Assembly: GCA_964016885.1 (NCBI GenBank)
Contig: OZ024761.1
Location: forward strand, 30,814,001-30,878,000
Reading direction: 5' to 3'
DNA length: 64,000 nt
Source: Eledone cirrhosa
Taxonomy: Eukaryota
The first letter of the stretch is position 1, and the number at the start of each line of letters is the position of its first letter. Shown here piece after piece: positions 49,642-63,185 of the stretch. A program made the position numbers and the translations under genes. The notes below the pieces were generated by a model. That model was given only the letters and a program-made list of their open reading frames with translations, was not told where the DNA came from and made no database searches.

Positions 49642-51950
49642 GTCATCATCATCACCGTTTTACGTCCGTTCTTCCATGCTAGCATGGGTTAGACGGGTTG
49701 TCCTGTTGTGGGCAGTATCTGGTCGGCTGACCATGCCTTGCTCATACAGGAACTGATTTTGGCTTCATTTCTACAGCTGGATGCCCTTCCTAACACCAAC
49801 CCCATTTACAGTGAGTGCTGGGTGCTTTTTCCGTGGCGCCTACTCGTCCATTTTACAGTGTGGACTGGGTGCTTTTTTGCCGTGGCACCTCCACGACCAC
49901 TTTACAGTGGGAGAGTGTGGGGGCATATTGTCTATATGCTTCAGCTTGTACCCATGGGAGGTCGGGTACTCTGTATTACTGCGTGATGCCAGAGGTCACG
50001 GTTGTGTGTCATCCATTGACTTCTAGTGCTCTGCACCTTTTTATGCAGCTGTCATCCTTCATATGCATCACATGTCCATACCAACGCAACCGCCTCTCCT
50101 GCACACAGCATTTGATTCCTCTTATGCTCAGTCTCTCTCTCAATTCATTTATGCTTTGTCGTTCGCGTATATTACTATTACACATCCATCGGAGCATGCA
50201 GGCTTCGTTTCTTTCTAATCTACGTAAGTCTTCCATCTTCAGCGCCCAGGTCTCACTACCATGTAACATTGCTGTTCGGATACACGCATCATACAGTCTG
50301 CCTTTCATCTTGAGGGAGAAGCCTTTTGCATCTAGCAGTGGCAGTAGTTCCCTGAACTTCTTCCATCCCGTTCTTAACCTAGTTATTGTACTTTCTGAAC
50401 GCCCACCTCCGCTGCTAATTCGGTCACCTAGGTAGCAGAAGCTGTCTACTGTTTCTACAGAGCCCTCCCAGAGATTGGTGGTACTTGTTTCCTGTGGCTG
50501 TTTGCTGCTTGCTGTCCCACACAGCTGCTGCATGTGAAGCCGTCATTCTTAATTAAGCTTCCTGAGATCCCGCTACATCTCTTGTGTACCCATTGTTTGC
50601 ATTTGGGGCAGAGAATGGAGTTCCTACCTACACCTTTCCTACATACTGAGCAAGGCCATTTCCCTGAGGGGATCTGGGTTCTGTTTTCTCGTCTACTTAC
50701 AAGGACCTTAGTCTTTGTCATGTTGACTTTGAGACCCTTTCTTTCTAGTCCCTGCTTCCAAGTTTGGAATTTCTTCTCTAGTTCTACCATAGATTCAGCT
50801 ATAAGTGCGAGGTCATCAGCATACAGGAGTTCCCATGGGCATCCGGTCTTAAACTCCTCCGTTATTGCCTGCAGGACTATGATGAACAGGAGAGGGCTAA
50901 GAACAGAGCCCTGGTGGACACCAGCCTGTACTCTAAATTCCTCGCTATACTCATTGCTAATCCTAACTTTGCTGACTGCTCCTCTATACATGGCTTGTAC
51001 AGCTTTCACAAGCCATTCATCTACTCCTAGTTTTCTAAGAGCCTACCAGATTACAGCACGTGGAACTCTGTCAAAGGCTTTCTCGAGATCGACGAATGCC
51101 AGGTAGAGTGGCTTACTTTTAGCTAGGTACTTTTCCTGTAACTGCCTCACAAGGAAGAGGGCATCAGTGGTGCCTCTTCTTGGTACAAACCCAAATTGCA
51201 ACTCATCTATTTTCACCCGGTCCCTAATCAACTGTGCTATAACTCTTTCTGTTACTTTCATGACCTGGTCCATCAGCTTTATACCTCTATAGTTTCCTCT
51301 ATCTAGTGCATCACCTTTACCTTTGTAGCAGTTGACAATGATGCTACTGCACCAATCTTTTGGTATGACACCTTCTAGTATTACCTGGTTAACAATATGT
51401 GTGGTTATAGTGTGACTTACAGACCCAGATGCCTTCAGCATCTCGGCAGCTATACCCGATGGACCGGTTGCCTTCCCCATCTTCATATCTTTGATTGCCT
51501 TACTACGCTGCTGCTGACTTGTACTGCTGGCCCCTCTATAGGGTCTACTTGGGGTAGGGTCTCTTCTTCCCATGCATTCTCCTCATTTAGTAATCTATCA
51601 TAATGGCTCTTCCATGCATCTTTCTTCTCAGCACTTGTGAGGGCAAGCTAACCTTTATCATTCCGGATACACTTCTCTCCAATGACATCACAATTCTCTC
51701 CTACACACTGCCTCGCAATCTTGAACACCTGTTTCTGGTCTTCACGTTGCAAAACATGCTTGAATTTTCTATCTTCTGCTTCCCTCTGGGTCTCTATGTA
51801 ATGTACCCTGCTCCCCCCGTTCTTCCATTCTTTCCATGCCTGTCTCTTGGCCTTAACTGCCACATCTACCTTATTGTTCCACTACCAAGTCACTCTCCTC
51901 CTGCTTGTGGACTTACTCCAGCCACAGACCTCATCCGTCGCCTCTAGTAA
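49642..51950 (-). mobile_element. Truncated RTE LINE (related subfamily) in RPA1 intron 3
   Basis: RT motifs (QGSVLSPLLF, LLYADD, EKAFDRV), zinc finger; 3' UTR shared with the fragment at ~15450-15890. Confidence 0.92.
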
Positions 51951-52077
51951 GGTATAAGTATCAAAGATACATCCTACCAGTTTACTTTATGTTTAACAAT
52001 ATAACTGACCAGACAGAAGGCCAATGTTTGTATTTAATAAACTTCTGGTTTGACTAAGTCTGTATTTTCATTGGCAG

Positions 52078-52186
52078 GCATTATGTTGGCAACACAGCTA
52101 AATCCCATGATGGAAGACGGTTCTTTGGAAAACTTGTCAGTTATCAAAGTTGACAAATATTTATGTAACACCATCCAAAATGACAA
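52078..52186 (+). CDS. RPA1: RPA1 exon 4, (S)IMLATQLNPMMEDGSLENLSVIKVDKYLCNTIQND(K)
   Basis: CAG/GTAAGT bounded, 109 nt phase 1-2; MLATQLN motif. Confidence 0.94.
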
Positions 52187-52537
52187 GTAAGTAAAATCTG
52201 AACACAGTCTGAAAATACACATCTTTGCCCACTTATTTATGAGAGGCTCATGGGGGCAGAGTCCTCAAACACACCTTCCAGCGGTTCCCGTCAGAGGCAA
52301 CTGATCCGGCTGGATCCCCAAGCGAGATCAGCAAAGCTCATGGATGTTATCCAACCAGCTTGCTTGGGGTCTAACCCTGGGTCTCCTGCCGGTTGGTTTT
52401 GTCTGTAAAATCTGTGATTCTTTCATGAGACCTTCTAACAACATGCCCATAGTATCGGAGCTGTACTCTCTGAATTCGGAGAAATAGCAGCTCTACCTGG
52501 AATAACTCTCTGATCTCTGAACTGCACACTCTGGCTA

Positions 52538-53492
52538 GGTGCTTTTTGTCATGACACCTACATGACCACTTTACACTGTGGACTGGGTGCTCTTTGCCAT
52601 GACACCTACACGACCACTTTACACTGTGGACTGGGTGCTCTTTGCCATGACACCTACATGACCACTTTACACTGTGGACTGGGTGCTCTTTGCCATGACA
52701 CCTACATGACCACTTTACACTGTGGACTGGGTGCTCTTTGCCATGACACCTACACGACCACTTTACACTGTGGACTGGGTGCTCTTTGCCATGACACCTA
52801 CATGACCACTTTACACTGTGGACTGGGTGCTCTTTGCCATGACACCTACACGACCACTTTACACTGTGGACTGGGTGCTCTTTGTCATGACACCTACACG
52901 ACCACTTTACACTGTGGACTGGGTGCTCTTTGCCATGACACCTACACGACCACTTTACACTGTGGACTGGGTGCTCTTTGCCATGACACCTACATGACCA
53001 CTTTACACTGTGGACTGGGTGCTTTTTGTCATGACACCTACATGACCACTTTACACTGTGGACTGGGTGCTTTTTGTCATGACACCTACACGACCACTTT
53101 ACACTGTGGACTGGGTGCTTTTTGTCATGACACCTCCACGACCACTTTACATTGTGGACTGGGTGCTCTTTGCCATGACACCTACATGACCACTTTACAC
53201 TGTGGACTGGGTGCTTTTTGTCATGACACCTACATGACCACTTTACACTGGACTGGGTGCTCTTTGCCATGACACCTACACGACCACTTTACACTGTGGA
53301 CTGGGTGCTTTTTGTCATGACACCTCCACGACCACTTTACACTGTGGACTGGGTGCTCTTTGCCATGACACCTACACGACCACTTTACAGTGTGGACTGG
53401 GTGCTTTTTGTCATGACACCGACATGACCACTTTACAGTGTGGACTGGGTGTTTTTGTCGTGATACCTCCACGACCACTTTACAGTGTGGAC
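52538..53492. repeat. 48-bp minisatellite (~20 units), GTGCTCTTTGCCATGACACCTACATGACCACTTTACACTGTGGACTGG
   Basis: Direct repeat seen; unit matches the LINE 3'-UTR/SINE core segment. Confidence 0.95.
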
Positions 53493-53874
53493 TAACTGTA
53501 TATCATTCTTTTACTTGCTCTAAGTAGAACAAGTAAATAGCTGTTTATTTATTTTTTCCCATGCACATATGGCTAGATTGAATAAAGTTCCAAAACAGTC
53601 ATATGTAACTTTTTGTGAGCATTGGGCCACATAACATATGGTCCAGCATAAGTTGGTTGCACTACTAAAATATTTGAGGTAATTTTAAAATTAGGTGTGC
53701 CTTTCAGAAAGCCAAACGGGCTGCATGCAGGTCGCAGTTTACTCACGACTGTTCCAAAATGAGTGATGGGCTAAAGAGAAGGCTAACTCCAGCTTTAACA
53801 TGGGAAAATGACCTTAAAATGATTGTTGTTGTCCTCAGTTATACACCTAGAAAATATTTTTCTTTTTCTAATAG

Positions 53875-53969
53875 GAGAGTAATCATCTTGCTTGAACTGT
53901 CAGTGGTTGCACGATCTTCTGAAGTGGGACAGAAGATAGGGAATCCAAAATCATACAAACCTGGTGAAA
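53875..53969 (+). CDS. RPA1: RPA1 exon 5, (K)RVIILLELSVVARSSEVGQKIGNPKSYKPGE
   Basis: TAG acceptor; KIGNP motif ends RPA70N; donor GTAAGT after 53969, with an alternative in-phase donor after 53963. Confidence 0.92.
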
Positions 53970-55053
53970 GTAAGTCTTTATTTCTGAGTTTGAATCCTGC
54001 CGAGGTTAACTTTGTCTTTCATCCTTACAGGGTCGATAAAATAAAGTACCAGTAATGCACTGGGTAATTGCTGGCCTTGTGCCAAAAAGTAGAAACAATT
54101 ATTACATATATATTAACATAGTACCTGTCAAAAATGACTAAGTTTATAGAAACAGTTCTGTACGAGCGAGAGACGGTCTGCGCACCAATCTTGCCTCAAG
54201 TGGAGAAAAACCGTCCAACCCATGCTTGCTTGGAAGATGATATATATATATATATATAGTGGCAGTGTCCCAGCATAGCCTCGCCCCTCGGCTGGAATGC
54301 AAATAGATAAATATATAGATGAAATGTGTGTAGACGTTAATAAAATGATTTGAAGTATCATCTTTGGTTGTCACCTGATTTATATACATGTGTGTAATCG
54401 AAAAAATTGAAGAAAGATAAGCAGACCATTAAAATATATTTATAAGAAGCTCTTACACATGATACGCCCAAGTTGGGCTCCTCAGAGTAAAGTAAAGGGT
54501 TTAATTAGGAACCCTGAATGGGTATGAGTCTGATTTTAACATCGAAATTCATATCTCGGTCTTGCAAAGTTAGATGCTTATATATGTGTATATAAACCCA
54601 TCTAACCCATATAGATATATAGATATATGTGTGTATATAAACCCATCTAACCCATATAGATATATATATGTGTGTATATAAACCTGTCTAACCCATATAA
54701 ATATATATACATGGAGGCACATGGCTTGGTTAGAGCATTGGCCTTGCAATCGAAAGGTTGTGAGTTCAATTCTCAGACCAGGTGATGTGTTGTTTCCTTG
54801 AGCAAGACACTTTATTTCACATTGCTCCAGTTTACTCAGCTGTAGAAATGAGATGATAGGGACTGGGGTCCCTATCATTCCACCCACCCTTGCAAGCAAA
54901 GAAAAGCGGATGATGATGATACCCGTCTAACCAATATATCATCATCATCATCGTCGTCGTCGTTTAATGTCTATCTTCCATGCCAGCATGGGTTAGATGA
55001 GAATTGTCCCACTTGAGGCAAGATTGATCGGGTGACCTGTCTCGCTCATATAG

Positions 55054-55103
<50 letters not shown>

Positions 55104-55760
55104 TCATCATCATCATTTTACGTCCGCTTTTCCCTGCTTGCAAGGGTGGGACGGGAACTGATTCTGGCTTGATTTCTACAGCTGGATGCCCTTCCTAACA
55201 CCAACCTCATTTACAGTGAATGCTGGGTGCTTTTTTGCCATGGCACCTCCACGACCACTTTGCAGTGGAATGATAGGGACCCCAGTCCATATCATCTCAT
55301 TTCTACAGCTGAGTAATATATATTCGTCTAACCCATGCAACCATGGAAAATACATGTAAAAGTGATAATGACAACCTCAAAGTCTGTCTTGAACCTGGAA
55401 ATTCATCAGGCCAGCGCTTATCTTCGCTTCCATGGCGTTAAGCTACTGAGAGTACAAGACCCCAACTTTCCTGGATAAGACGCCAGTCCCTCAAGGTTAA
55501 ATCCCCAGTTATTGCTGATACTCATTTTGAGCAACGTGAAATGAAGTGTTTTGCTCAAGAACACAACACAACCCACAACATTATAATCATGAGTCCAACA
55601 CACTTACCATTAGGCCACATGTTTCCAGTGATGATGATGATGATGATATATATATCCTGTGCCACATTTGACATTGAAGATATATATACCCTGTTGTCAC
55701 ATTTCATGTTAAAGATATTTTATTGTCGACATTACTTACCTGTAAATCATTTTATTTTAG

Positions 55761-55790
55761 CAACACCTGCAGAGACAGTCAACAACGGAC
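55761..55790 (+). CDS. RPA1: RPA1 candidate linker microexon, 30 nt (TPAETVNNG)
   Basis: TTTATTTTAG acceptor, GTAAGT donor, phase 1-1, open frame compatible with flanking exons. Confidence 0.7.
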
Positions 55791-55915
55791 GTAAGTTTTA
55801 AATTTTTTATTTGTCATATACTTGGTGATATGATTCATTAGCTGAGTGGGTGGAGCATTGTATTACAAGCACTAATTTAGAGCAGTGAATTTGCACAATG
55901 TTAGCACATTAGAGG

Positions 55916-56443
55916 CAGACCTGTCAACTTCCCACGTCCGACAGGGAGATCCCCCACCCATTTGCGGTGGGGGAGAGATGTCTTCTCTTGTGAAAATGGC
56001 TATAGCTTTCATTATGTAAAATCTCCCTGTTTTGGGGCACTTTTTTTCAAGGTACTCCCATTTGGGTTTTTAGAGGTTGGCAGGTTGGGGGAGAGATGTC
56101 TTCTCTTGTGAAAATGGCTATAGCTTTCATTATGTAAAATCTCCCTGTTTTGGGGCACTTTTTTTCAAGGTACTCCCATTTGGGTTTTTAGAGGTTGGCA
56201 GGTTGGGGGAGAGATGTCTTCTCTTGTGAAAATGGCTATAGCTTTCATTATGTAAAATCTCCCTGTTTTGGGGCACTTTTTTTCAAGGTACTCCCATTTG
56301 GGTTTTTAGAGGTTGGCAGGTTGGGGGAGAGATGTCTTCTCTTGTGAAAATGGCTATAGCTTTCATTATGTAAAATCTCCCTGTTTTGGGGCACTTTTTT
56401 TCAAGGTACTCCCCATTTGGGTTTTTAGAGGTTGGCAGGTCTG
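55916..56443. mobile_element. TIR-bounded MITE containing four 118-bp tandem units
   Basis: CAGACCTGTCAAC...GTTGGCAGGTCTG terminal inverted repeats; imperfect TTAGAG(G/A) flanking duplication. Confidence 0.8.
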
Positions 56444-57721
56444 TTAGAGAAGCTGCCTTGTAGTATATCCATTTCAGCTCTATGTCTTCTGAGCTCAATT
56501 CCCATCTCCCCTCGTTAAAAAAATAGTAACCCTTTGGCTTAGTGGTTAGAACGATGGATTTGTAATTGGGAGTTTGTGAGTTCGATTCTCAGACCAGGTG
56601 ATGCATTGTATCCTTGATTGAGCATGACACTTTATTCATGTTACTCCAGTTTACTCAGCTGTAGAAATGAGTTGGAACGTCACAGGTGCCAAGCTGTATC
56701 GGCCATTGCTTTTCCCTTGGACAATATTGGTGGCATGGATGTTGTTGGAGATATGGCAAGCCGCATATATTCTAGCCATTAGAAAAAGCAAAATGAATGC
56801 TTCACCTTTGAATGAGGGATGACTCAAGAAGTTGGGACCCTTTAGCATTTACATTATTCTATATTTACTATTGTATTTTCATGGTAAAGGCTTTATTTCA
56901 CATAATTATCTCCCATAATATCGAATATATGAGACTTTGATATTATTTATTTTGAGAACACAATCTTAACATCAGTATGAGTGGCCAGTTATGGCCGGTT
57001 TGAATAAGAAGAGATGAGAGAATTCTAGCTGGATATTGCTGGTTTAAATCTGTTCAAACCGGCCATAACTGGCCACTCATACTGATGTTCAGGTATTGTT
57101 TTCAAAATAAATAACATCAAAATCTCGTAGATTCGATATTATGTGAGATAATTATTTGAGGAAAAAGCCTTTACCACAAAAATGTAATCGCATATATAGA
57201 GTAATGTAAATGCTAAAAGGTTCGATGCCCATTATTTTGGACGGTGGATTGGCAGTATTGGTGGGGCGTTGGACAAAATGCTTTGTGGCATATAATTACG
57301 TCCCTTTACCTATCTGAGTTCGAATCCTACCATGGTTAACTTTGCCTTTCATCCTTACAAGATATTTTTTAAAAAGTACCGGTAACACACTGGGGTTTTC
57401 CCCTTCCCTTCGAATTGCTGAGCTTGTGCCTATAGTAGAAATAATTATCTTGGTTGTAATTGTGTTCTTTTGCTTCTTATTTTTCTTTGCCAGCACAACC
57501 ACCTTACTCTTAATATAAATCATATATTTAAATCAGAAACAAATATAAATATAAATATACCGGTAAAATTCTGTTATAATGAATTTTGCAGTAGAACAAA
57601 AAATTTTTTTAATTGTAATAACAACCAAATGCTCGATTTGTTTCGGTCGATCTCATTATAAAGAATTTTTCGTTATAATGGAATTTCACTATATTTATAA
57701 TTTGATTCTTTTCCTTAACAG

Positions 57722-57757
57722 CTCCATCTAACAACTTCAATAATACCACATCAAATA
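57722..57757 (+). CDS. RPA1: RPA1 candidate linker microexon, 36 nt (PSNNFNNTTSN)
   Basis: TTCTTTTCCTTAACAG acceptor, GTAAGT donor, phase 1-1, open frame, low-complexity linker composition. Confidence 0.7.
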
Positions 57758-57867
57758 GTAAGTAAAAATATCTTTCTTCAGACAATTCCTGTTTGTTTGT
57801 TTATTTTATCTGCATAATATGACTTTATAGATGAGCTGGATGTGACCTGGTTTTATTGGGTGTTTCA

Positions 57868-58286
57868 GATCAATCCTGGCAACTGACTTGGTAAACACCC
57901 ACAAAATTGTTAACCATCTTGCCAACAACAACCCTGAGTACCTTTTTTATTTCCATGTGTCTAACACACGTGGACATGCCCACAAAGTCAGAAAACAGCA
58001 CAGTTCCCATGACTTTCGGAAACATTTTTTCACGCTCAGAGTTGCTGAAGCATGGAACAAACTACCTGCATCAGTTGTTAGCTGTCGAGACACTGCATTC
58101 TTTAAAACCTCCATGCTTCCCGAGATTCGCCAACACTACACCTAATGTTCCCCCTCCATACACATACACATATGTATATCATGACTCATACACTATTCAC
58201 TTCCCTGACATTTGTATATTATTCTATGTACTATACATACACCTTTGACGAGTTGTAGTGCACCTGAGCACTTTACACAATAATTT
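57868..58286 (+). mobile_element. CR1/Jockey-like LINE 3' end with (ATT)n tail; fragments also at ~7420-7630, 13570-13760, 59270-59345
   Basis: TRGH..K..RKHFFTLRVAEAWNKLP motif typical of CR1-group ORF2 C-termini. Confidence 0.8.
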
Positions 58287-59079
58287 CATTATTATTATTA
58301 TTATTTAATATTATACACGTTTACCCAAACAACCTAGTTAGGATTACTTAGATCCCAACTTGGCATCTCGGCAGCAAGCAGCCTCTGATCAGCCTATTTA
58401 ACTCTTTAGCATTTAAACCAGCCGTATCTGGCCAGAATTCTCTCACCTCTTTCTGGTCAAACTGGCAATAACTGGCTGCTCATACTTGTTCTCAAAATAA
58501 ATATCATCAAACTCTCATAGATTTGATATTATGAGATAATTATGTAAAATAAAGTGTTTACTGTAAAAATACAATAGTAAATATAGAGTAATGTAAATGC
58601 TAAAGGGTTAATTCAAAACCACTTGTGACCCCAGTGCAGATAATTTGGTAATGTAAGGGTTAACCTTTGTTAAGTTATGTTCCAAATAGCAAGTTAAGAA
58701 AGAAAGTTTGCTATATTACTATATAGGTGGTGTCTTTTATTAGAAAATAAATATCATACCTGTATATGTTTGTTATTAAGAACCTTTGATAAGTTATGTT
58801 CCAAATACCAAGTTAGTGATAAGAAAGTTTGCTATATTACTAAAGGTATTTTTTTTATTAGAAAATTAATATCATATCTATATATGTTTATTAAGAACCT
58901 TTAAGTTATGTTCCAAATAGTAAGTTAAGAATGAGAAAGTTTGCTATTTTATTAAAGGCAGTGTCTTTTATTAGAAAATATGGTAACAAAAGGGTTAGAA
59001 GCAGTGCCAGACCATGAGTTGCCAGAAAATAAATATCATACCTGTATATGTTGTTAAGTTTGATTTTCTTTCATTGTAG

Positions 59080-59191
59080 GAACACCTTTAAGTAGTGGCT
59101 CCATCTCTGATAATAAACCTGTTAATACTATGACGCCATTAGCAGCAGGTAGGGTCAATGCAATTGCTGGACTCTCACTATACCAAAATAG
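59080..59191 (+). CDS. RPA1: RPA1 exon, TPLSSGSISDNKPVNTMTPLAAGRVNAIAGLSLYQN(R)
   Basis: TAG/GTAAGT bounded, 112 nt phase 1-2; leads into DBD-A (IxxLxxYQxxW). Confidence 0.88.
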
Positions 59192-60417
59192 GTAAGTTTT
59201 TTTCATTCGTTTTTCACTGATTTACCTTTGTTTTGCCATTTTAGATAAATAGTACTGCCAATCCAGATAATAATAATAATGAAATTATTGTGTACAGTGC
59301 TCAGGTGCACTACAACTCATCAAAGGTGCATGCATAGTACATAGAATAATGTATACACACATAAATAACACTGCACTCCAGATAGATAGCACTGCACTTG
59401 AAATAAATAGTACTGCATTCCAGGCGAATAGCACTGTCACTCCAAATGAATAATACTGCACTCCTAATAAATAACACTACACTCGAAATAATAGCATTGC
59501 CACTCCAGATGGATAGCACTACACTCAGAATAAATAGTACTGACACTGTGCAGAATAGATGTGGTTTCCACAAGCTGCAGAGAAGGGGGGCAGTCACTCC
59601 GAATAAATAAGAAAGTGAGGAAAGACTGTGCACTGAGCCAGTCCCAATCTCTGAGCGATAGTAACTATAACCCGAAAAGAAGAAATGATCAACATCAACG
59701 GTAACTACTGAGCTGCAGGTTTTATGTCGGAGTTATCTCAGTTTCCTGGGTCCTTCACTCCCAGTGGTTTAACTGCGCAATTGGGTATCCAGCCCAACTA
59801 TTTCTATGTCCCCCGTGCATATAATATATACATACATACAAGGTGGCAAATTGGCAGAGGTGTTAGAATGACGGATAGAATGCTTTGCAATATTCATTTT
59901 GTCTTATCTGCTCTCTGAATTCAAATCCCACCAAGGTCAACTTTGCCTTTCGTCCATTTGAGGTTGATAAAAAAAGTACCAGTTAAGTACTGGGGTTGAT
60001 TCTTCCTCTATATCTCAATCTCACTCTCTATCCTTCTCTGGAAGAAATTTGCTGTATTCAGACCTGGGTAGGAGATAGGTTCCACCAGATTTAAGAAATG
60101 CCCTAGAAATGCTATATGTTAATATGGCACCCCGACAACTTCCTCTGGAGTTACTGGACCATACATGCATACACACACACATATATATCTATCTATCTAA
60201 GGCGGGTAAAATTCCCGAGATCCATGGACGAGTTCTCTCCAGCGGTCTCTGTCCCTCATTATCGCTGCCATATCCTGCATCTCCAACAGACCAGTGTCTG
60301 TCCTTAGGGCATCAACATATGTTAACCTTGGTCTTCCTCTTCTAGTGTGTCCATGTAGGGGCTCCCAAAGGAGCACTGAGTGCAATGTATGTATGTATGT
60401 ATACACACACATACATT

Positions 60418-60451
<34 letters not shown>

Positions 60452-60505
60452 ATATTCGCACACACTTATAATTATATGCCTTGACCGTCTTATTGTTTTC
60501 AACAG

Positions 60506-60677
60506 ATGGAAAATTTGTGCACGAGTAACCCACAAAGGTGCTGTGAGGAACTGGAGTAACTCCCGTGGTGAAGGCAAACTGTTCAGTGTAACTTTTCTCG
60601 ATGACAGCGGTGAAATCCGTGCCACAGGATTCAATGAGGCAGTTGACAAATTCTTTGATTTCCTCGAAGTTAACAAG
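60506..60677 (+). CDS. RPA1: RPA1 exon, DBD-A OB fold [57 protein letters not shown]
   Basis: CAG/GTCAGT bounded, 172 nt phase 2-0; hallmark [12 protein letters not shown] and SGEIRAT. Confidence 0.97.
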
Positions 60678-61936
60678 GTCAGTGTTGTCTATTTGTTGTT
60701 AACCCTGTGTCTGGGGCTTCCCCTCATTGTGTATTTTTCTAGATTTCAAGACTGTACTGGAACACTTCATGGAGAGCAAAGCAGCCCCATTCCAAGCCTT
60801 TCTGAACTATTGTCCTCTCTCTCCTCCCATTTTTTGTTGTTTAGAGAATATAGGGCTCCTCAGATGTGACAAGCTCCCTAGTGTTGGTGATCTACACGAT
60901 AAACACACCCAGTATACTCTGTAAAGTGGTTGGTGGTAGGAAGGGTATCTAGCCATTGAAAAACCTGCCAAACAAAGGGTTGGGAAGACTTTTCAGCTGT
61001 ACCAAAGACATGACAACATCCCTGGTGTTTGTGCCATGATAAACTGCACTCCGTAGAGCACAGGAATATGTAAGACGGAGTCTCTACTTGAACACTCGGT
61101 AAGGTGTAAGGAAGAAATAGTCTTCTTGCCCCTTGACCCATCTGAGCCCTAGGTAGGGTGGGCAAATGTAAGCAAGGGCAAAGTTGGATAAATCGACCCC
61201 AGTGCGTTACTGTTGACGTTATTTTATCGACCCCATAAGGATGAAAGGCAAAGCTAACTCCAGCTGGTTTTGAACTCAGAGCATAAGGAGTTGAAAAGTA
61301 GAATGGCTGGCCAAGATACCCTCATGGATTGACCAAATGAGGTTTATTTTTTAAACATAGTCCTTGGAAATAAAAATAATGCTGCTATTAATAAGAAGTG
61401 TTGAAATTAATGCATGCAAGAAGTCTAGCTAACCCCAACGGATTTTGGACTCAGAGCATTAAGTGACATAGTTATATGCCACAAAGCATGTCATCCGATG
61501 CTCTATCAATTACTGGCAGTACACTGACTGCTCTTCTCTCACTGTAAAATAATTGTTTCTACTTTTGGCACAAGGCCAGCAATTATCCCAGTGTATTACT
61601 GGTGCTTTATTTTATCGATCCTGGAAGGATGAAAAGCAAAGTTAACCTCTCACTGTAAAATAATGAATGAAAAAAAACGATTTGTTGGGAGGTTTTCTTT
61701 TTAACTCTTTAATGTTCAAACCGGCCAAAACTAGCCAGAATTCTCTACCTCTTTCTGTTGAAACTGGCTGTAACTGGTCACTCAAACAGATGTTAAGGTA
61801 TTGTTCTCAAAATAAATACTCTCAAAATCTCATAGATTCGATATTATGTGAAGTAAAGCCTTTACCATGAAAATATAATAGAATATATAGAGTTATGTGA
61901 ATGCTAAAGGGTTAATCGTCTAAACTTATATTTCAG

Positions 61937-62129
61937 GCGTATTATGTGAGTAAAGCTAATCTGAAGATGGCAAACAAGAAGTTTACTTCTGTACGTAATG
62001 ACTTTGAAATGACGTTCAACTCCGACACTGTCATTGAGCTGTGTACCGAGAACACAAATTTACCTACTATTACTTATGATTTTAAACCCTTGAAAGATTT
62101 AGGGAATTTGGAAGCTAATGCTATCATTG
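61937..62129 (+). CDS. RPA1: RPA1 exon, AYYVSKANLKMANKKFTSVRNDFEMTFNSDTVIELC...ANAII
   Basis: CAG/GTAAGT bounded, 193 nt phase 0-1; LKxANKxFTxVxNDxEMTF motif. Confidence 0.96.
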
Positions 62130-62226
62130 GTAAGTATAACCATTGTCCTTTTTATTCCTTTTTTTACTACCTGGTATTTTTGAGGGCTCAGATATTTCTC
62201 CCTGTAAAAGTTGAGGTAGATAAAAT

Positions 62227-62533
62227 ACATGGGTTGGCTGAAAAGTTCATAGGCTGACCAATGGAATGATCAGATGAGGTTTATTTTTCAACATAGTCCT
62301 TCGAAAGAAACAATGCAGTTATTAATAAGCAGAGTTGAAATTAATGCATGCAAGATTTCACACAATTCTAGCATGACTCTTTCATAGGCTGACCAAGATA
62401 CTCTCACATAGTCCCTGGAAAAAAACAATGCAGTTATTAATAAGCAGAGTTGAAATTAATGCATGTAAGATTTCACAATTCTAGCAATCATTTCTTCATG
62501 GTCAGCCTATGAACTTTTCAGCCCACCCTCACA
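62227..62533. mobile_element. Mariner-like MITE; related pieces at ~35000-35150, ~37700, ~61300-61430
   Basis: Inverted termini GGGTTGGCTGAAAAGTTCATAGGCTGACC / GGTCAGCCTATGAACTTTTCAGCCCACCC. Confidence 0.7.
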
Positions 62534-62659
62534 TATTCTGGTGATAAATTGAGATTGGGTTTGGTGTATGCCAAGGACATGACAATTTCCCTAGTGTTAG
62601 TGCCATGATAAAAATGATCATATGTCAAGCCCCCTGACTACCTGGAGTTCAGAGGCTTC

Positions 62660-63115
62660 GCTTAAATATTGGCCAATCTGTGATGACATGTCCAACCCTT
62701 GTTGACAGGGAAAATGGATGCTAAGTGGTGACGATGATGATATAGCTAAAAGCTTTGGTTGAATACTGGCCAATCTGCAGTGTGTGCTAACATGTCCAAC
62801 CTTTGTTAGCAGGGAAAATGGATGCTAAGTGATGACAATGATGATGATGTAGCTAAAAGATTTGGTTGAATACTGGCCAGTCTGTAGTCCGTGATAACAT
62901 GTCCAACCTTTGCTAGCAGGGAAAATGGATGCTAAGTGGTGACAATGATGATGTAGCTAAAGTTTTTGATTGAATATTGGCCAATCTGTGAAAACAGATG
63001 TTAAGTGATGACAATGATGATGATGATATTGCTAAAGGCTTCACTTGAATACCAGTCACTTTATAAGGATAAGTCCAACCTTTGCTAGCAAGGAAAATGA
63101 ATGGTAAATGATGGT
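62660..63115. repeat. Diverged ~100-110-bp tandem of a retroposon tail; another ~120-bp tandem at ~58660-59050 and a ~21-bp tandem at ~59365-59560
   Basis: Repeated CATGTCCAACCTTTG..AGCAGGGAAAATGGATGCTAAGTG..GATGATG units. Confidence 0.8.
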
Positions 63116-63185
63116 AATGTAGAGATATAAAAATATGACAGAGTATGAATATCTTATGTTGAAAACATTTTTGTGTGATTTACAG

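Noticed and set aside
52371-53478. 299-aa and 236-aa Cys/His-rich repeat ORFs resembling zinc-finger or multiheme proteins
   Set aside because: Result of a stop-free 48-bp minisatellite derived from a retroposon UTR, open on both strands, inside an RPA1 intron.
38808-56443. CRISPR-like appearance of regular repeat arrays
   Set aside because: Units are contiguous with no unique spacers, there are no cas genes, and the context is eukaryotic.
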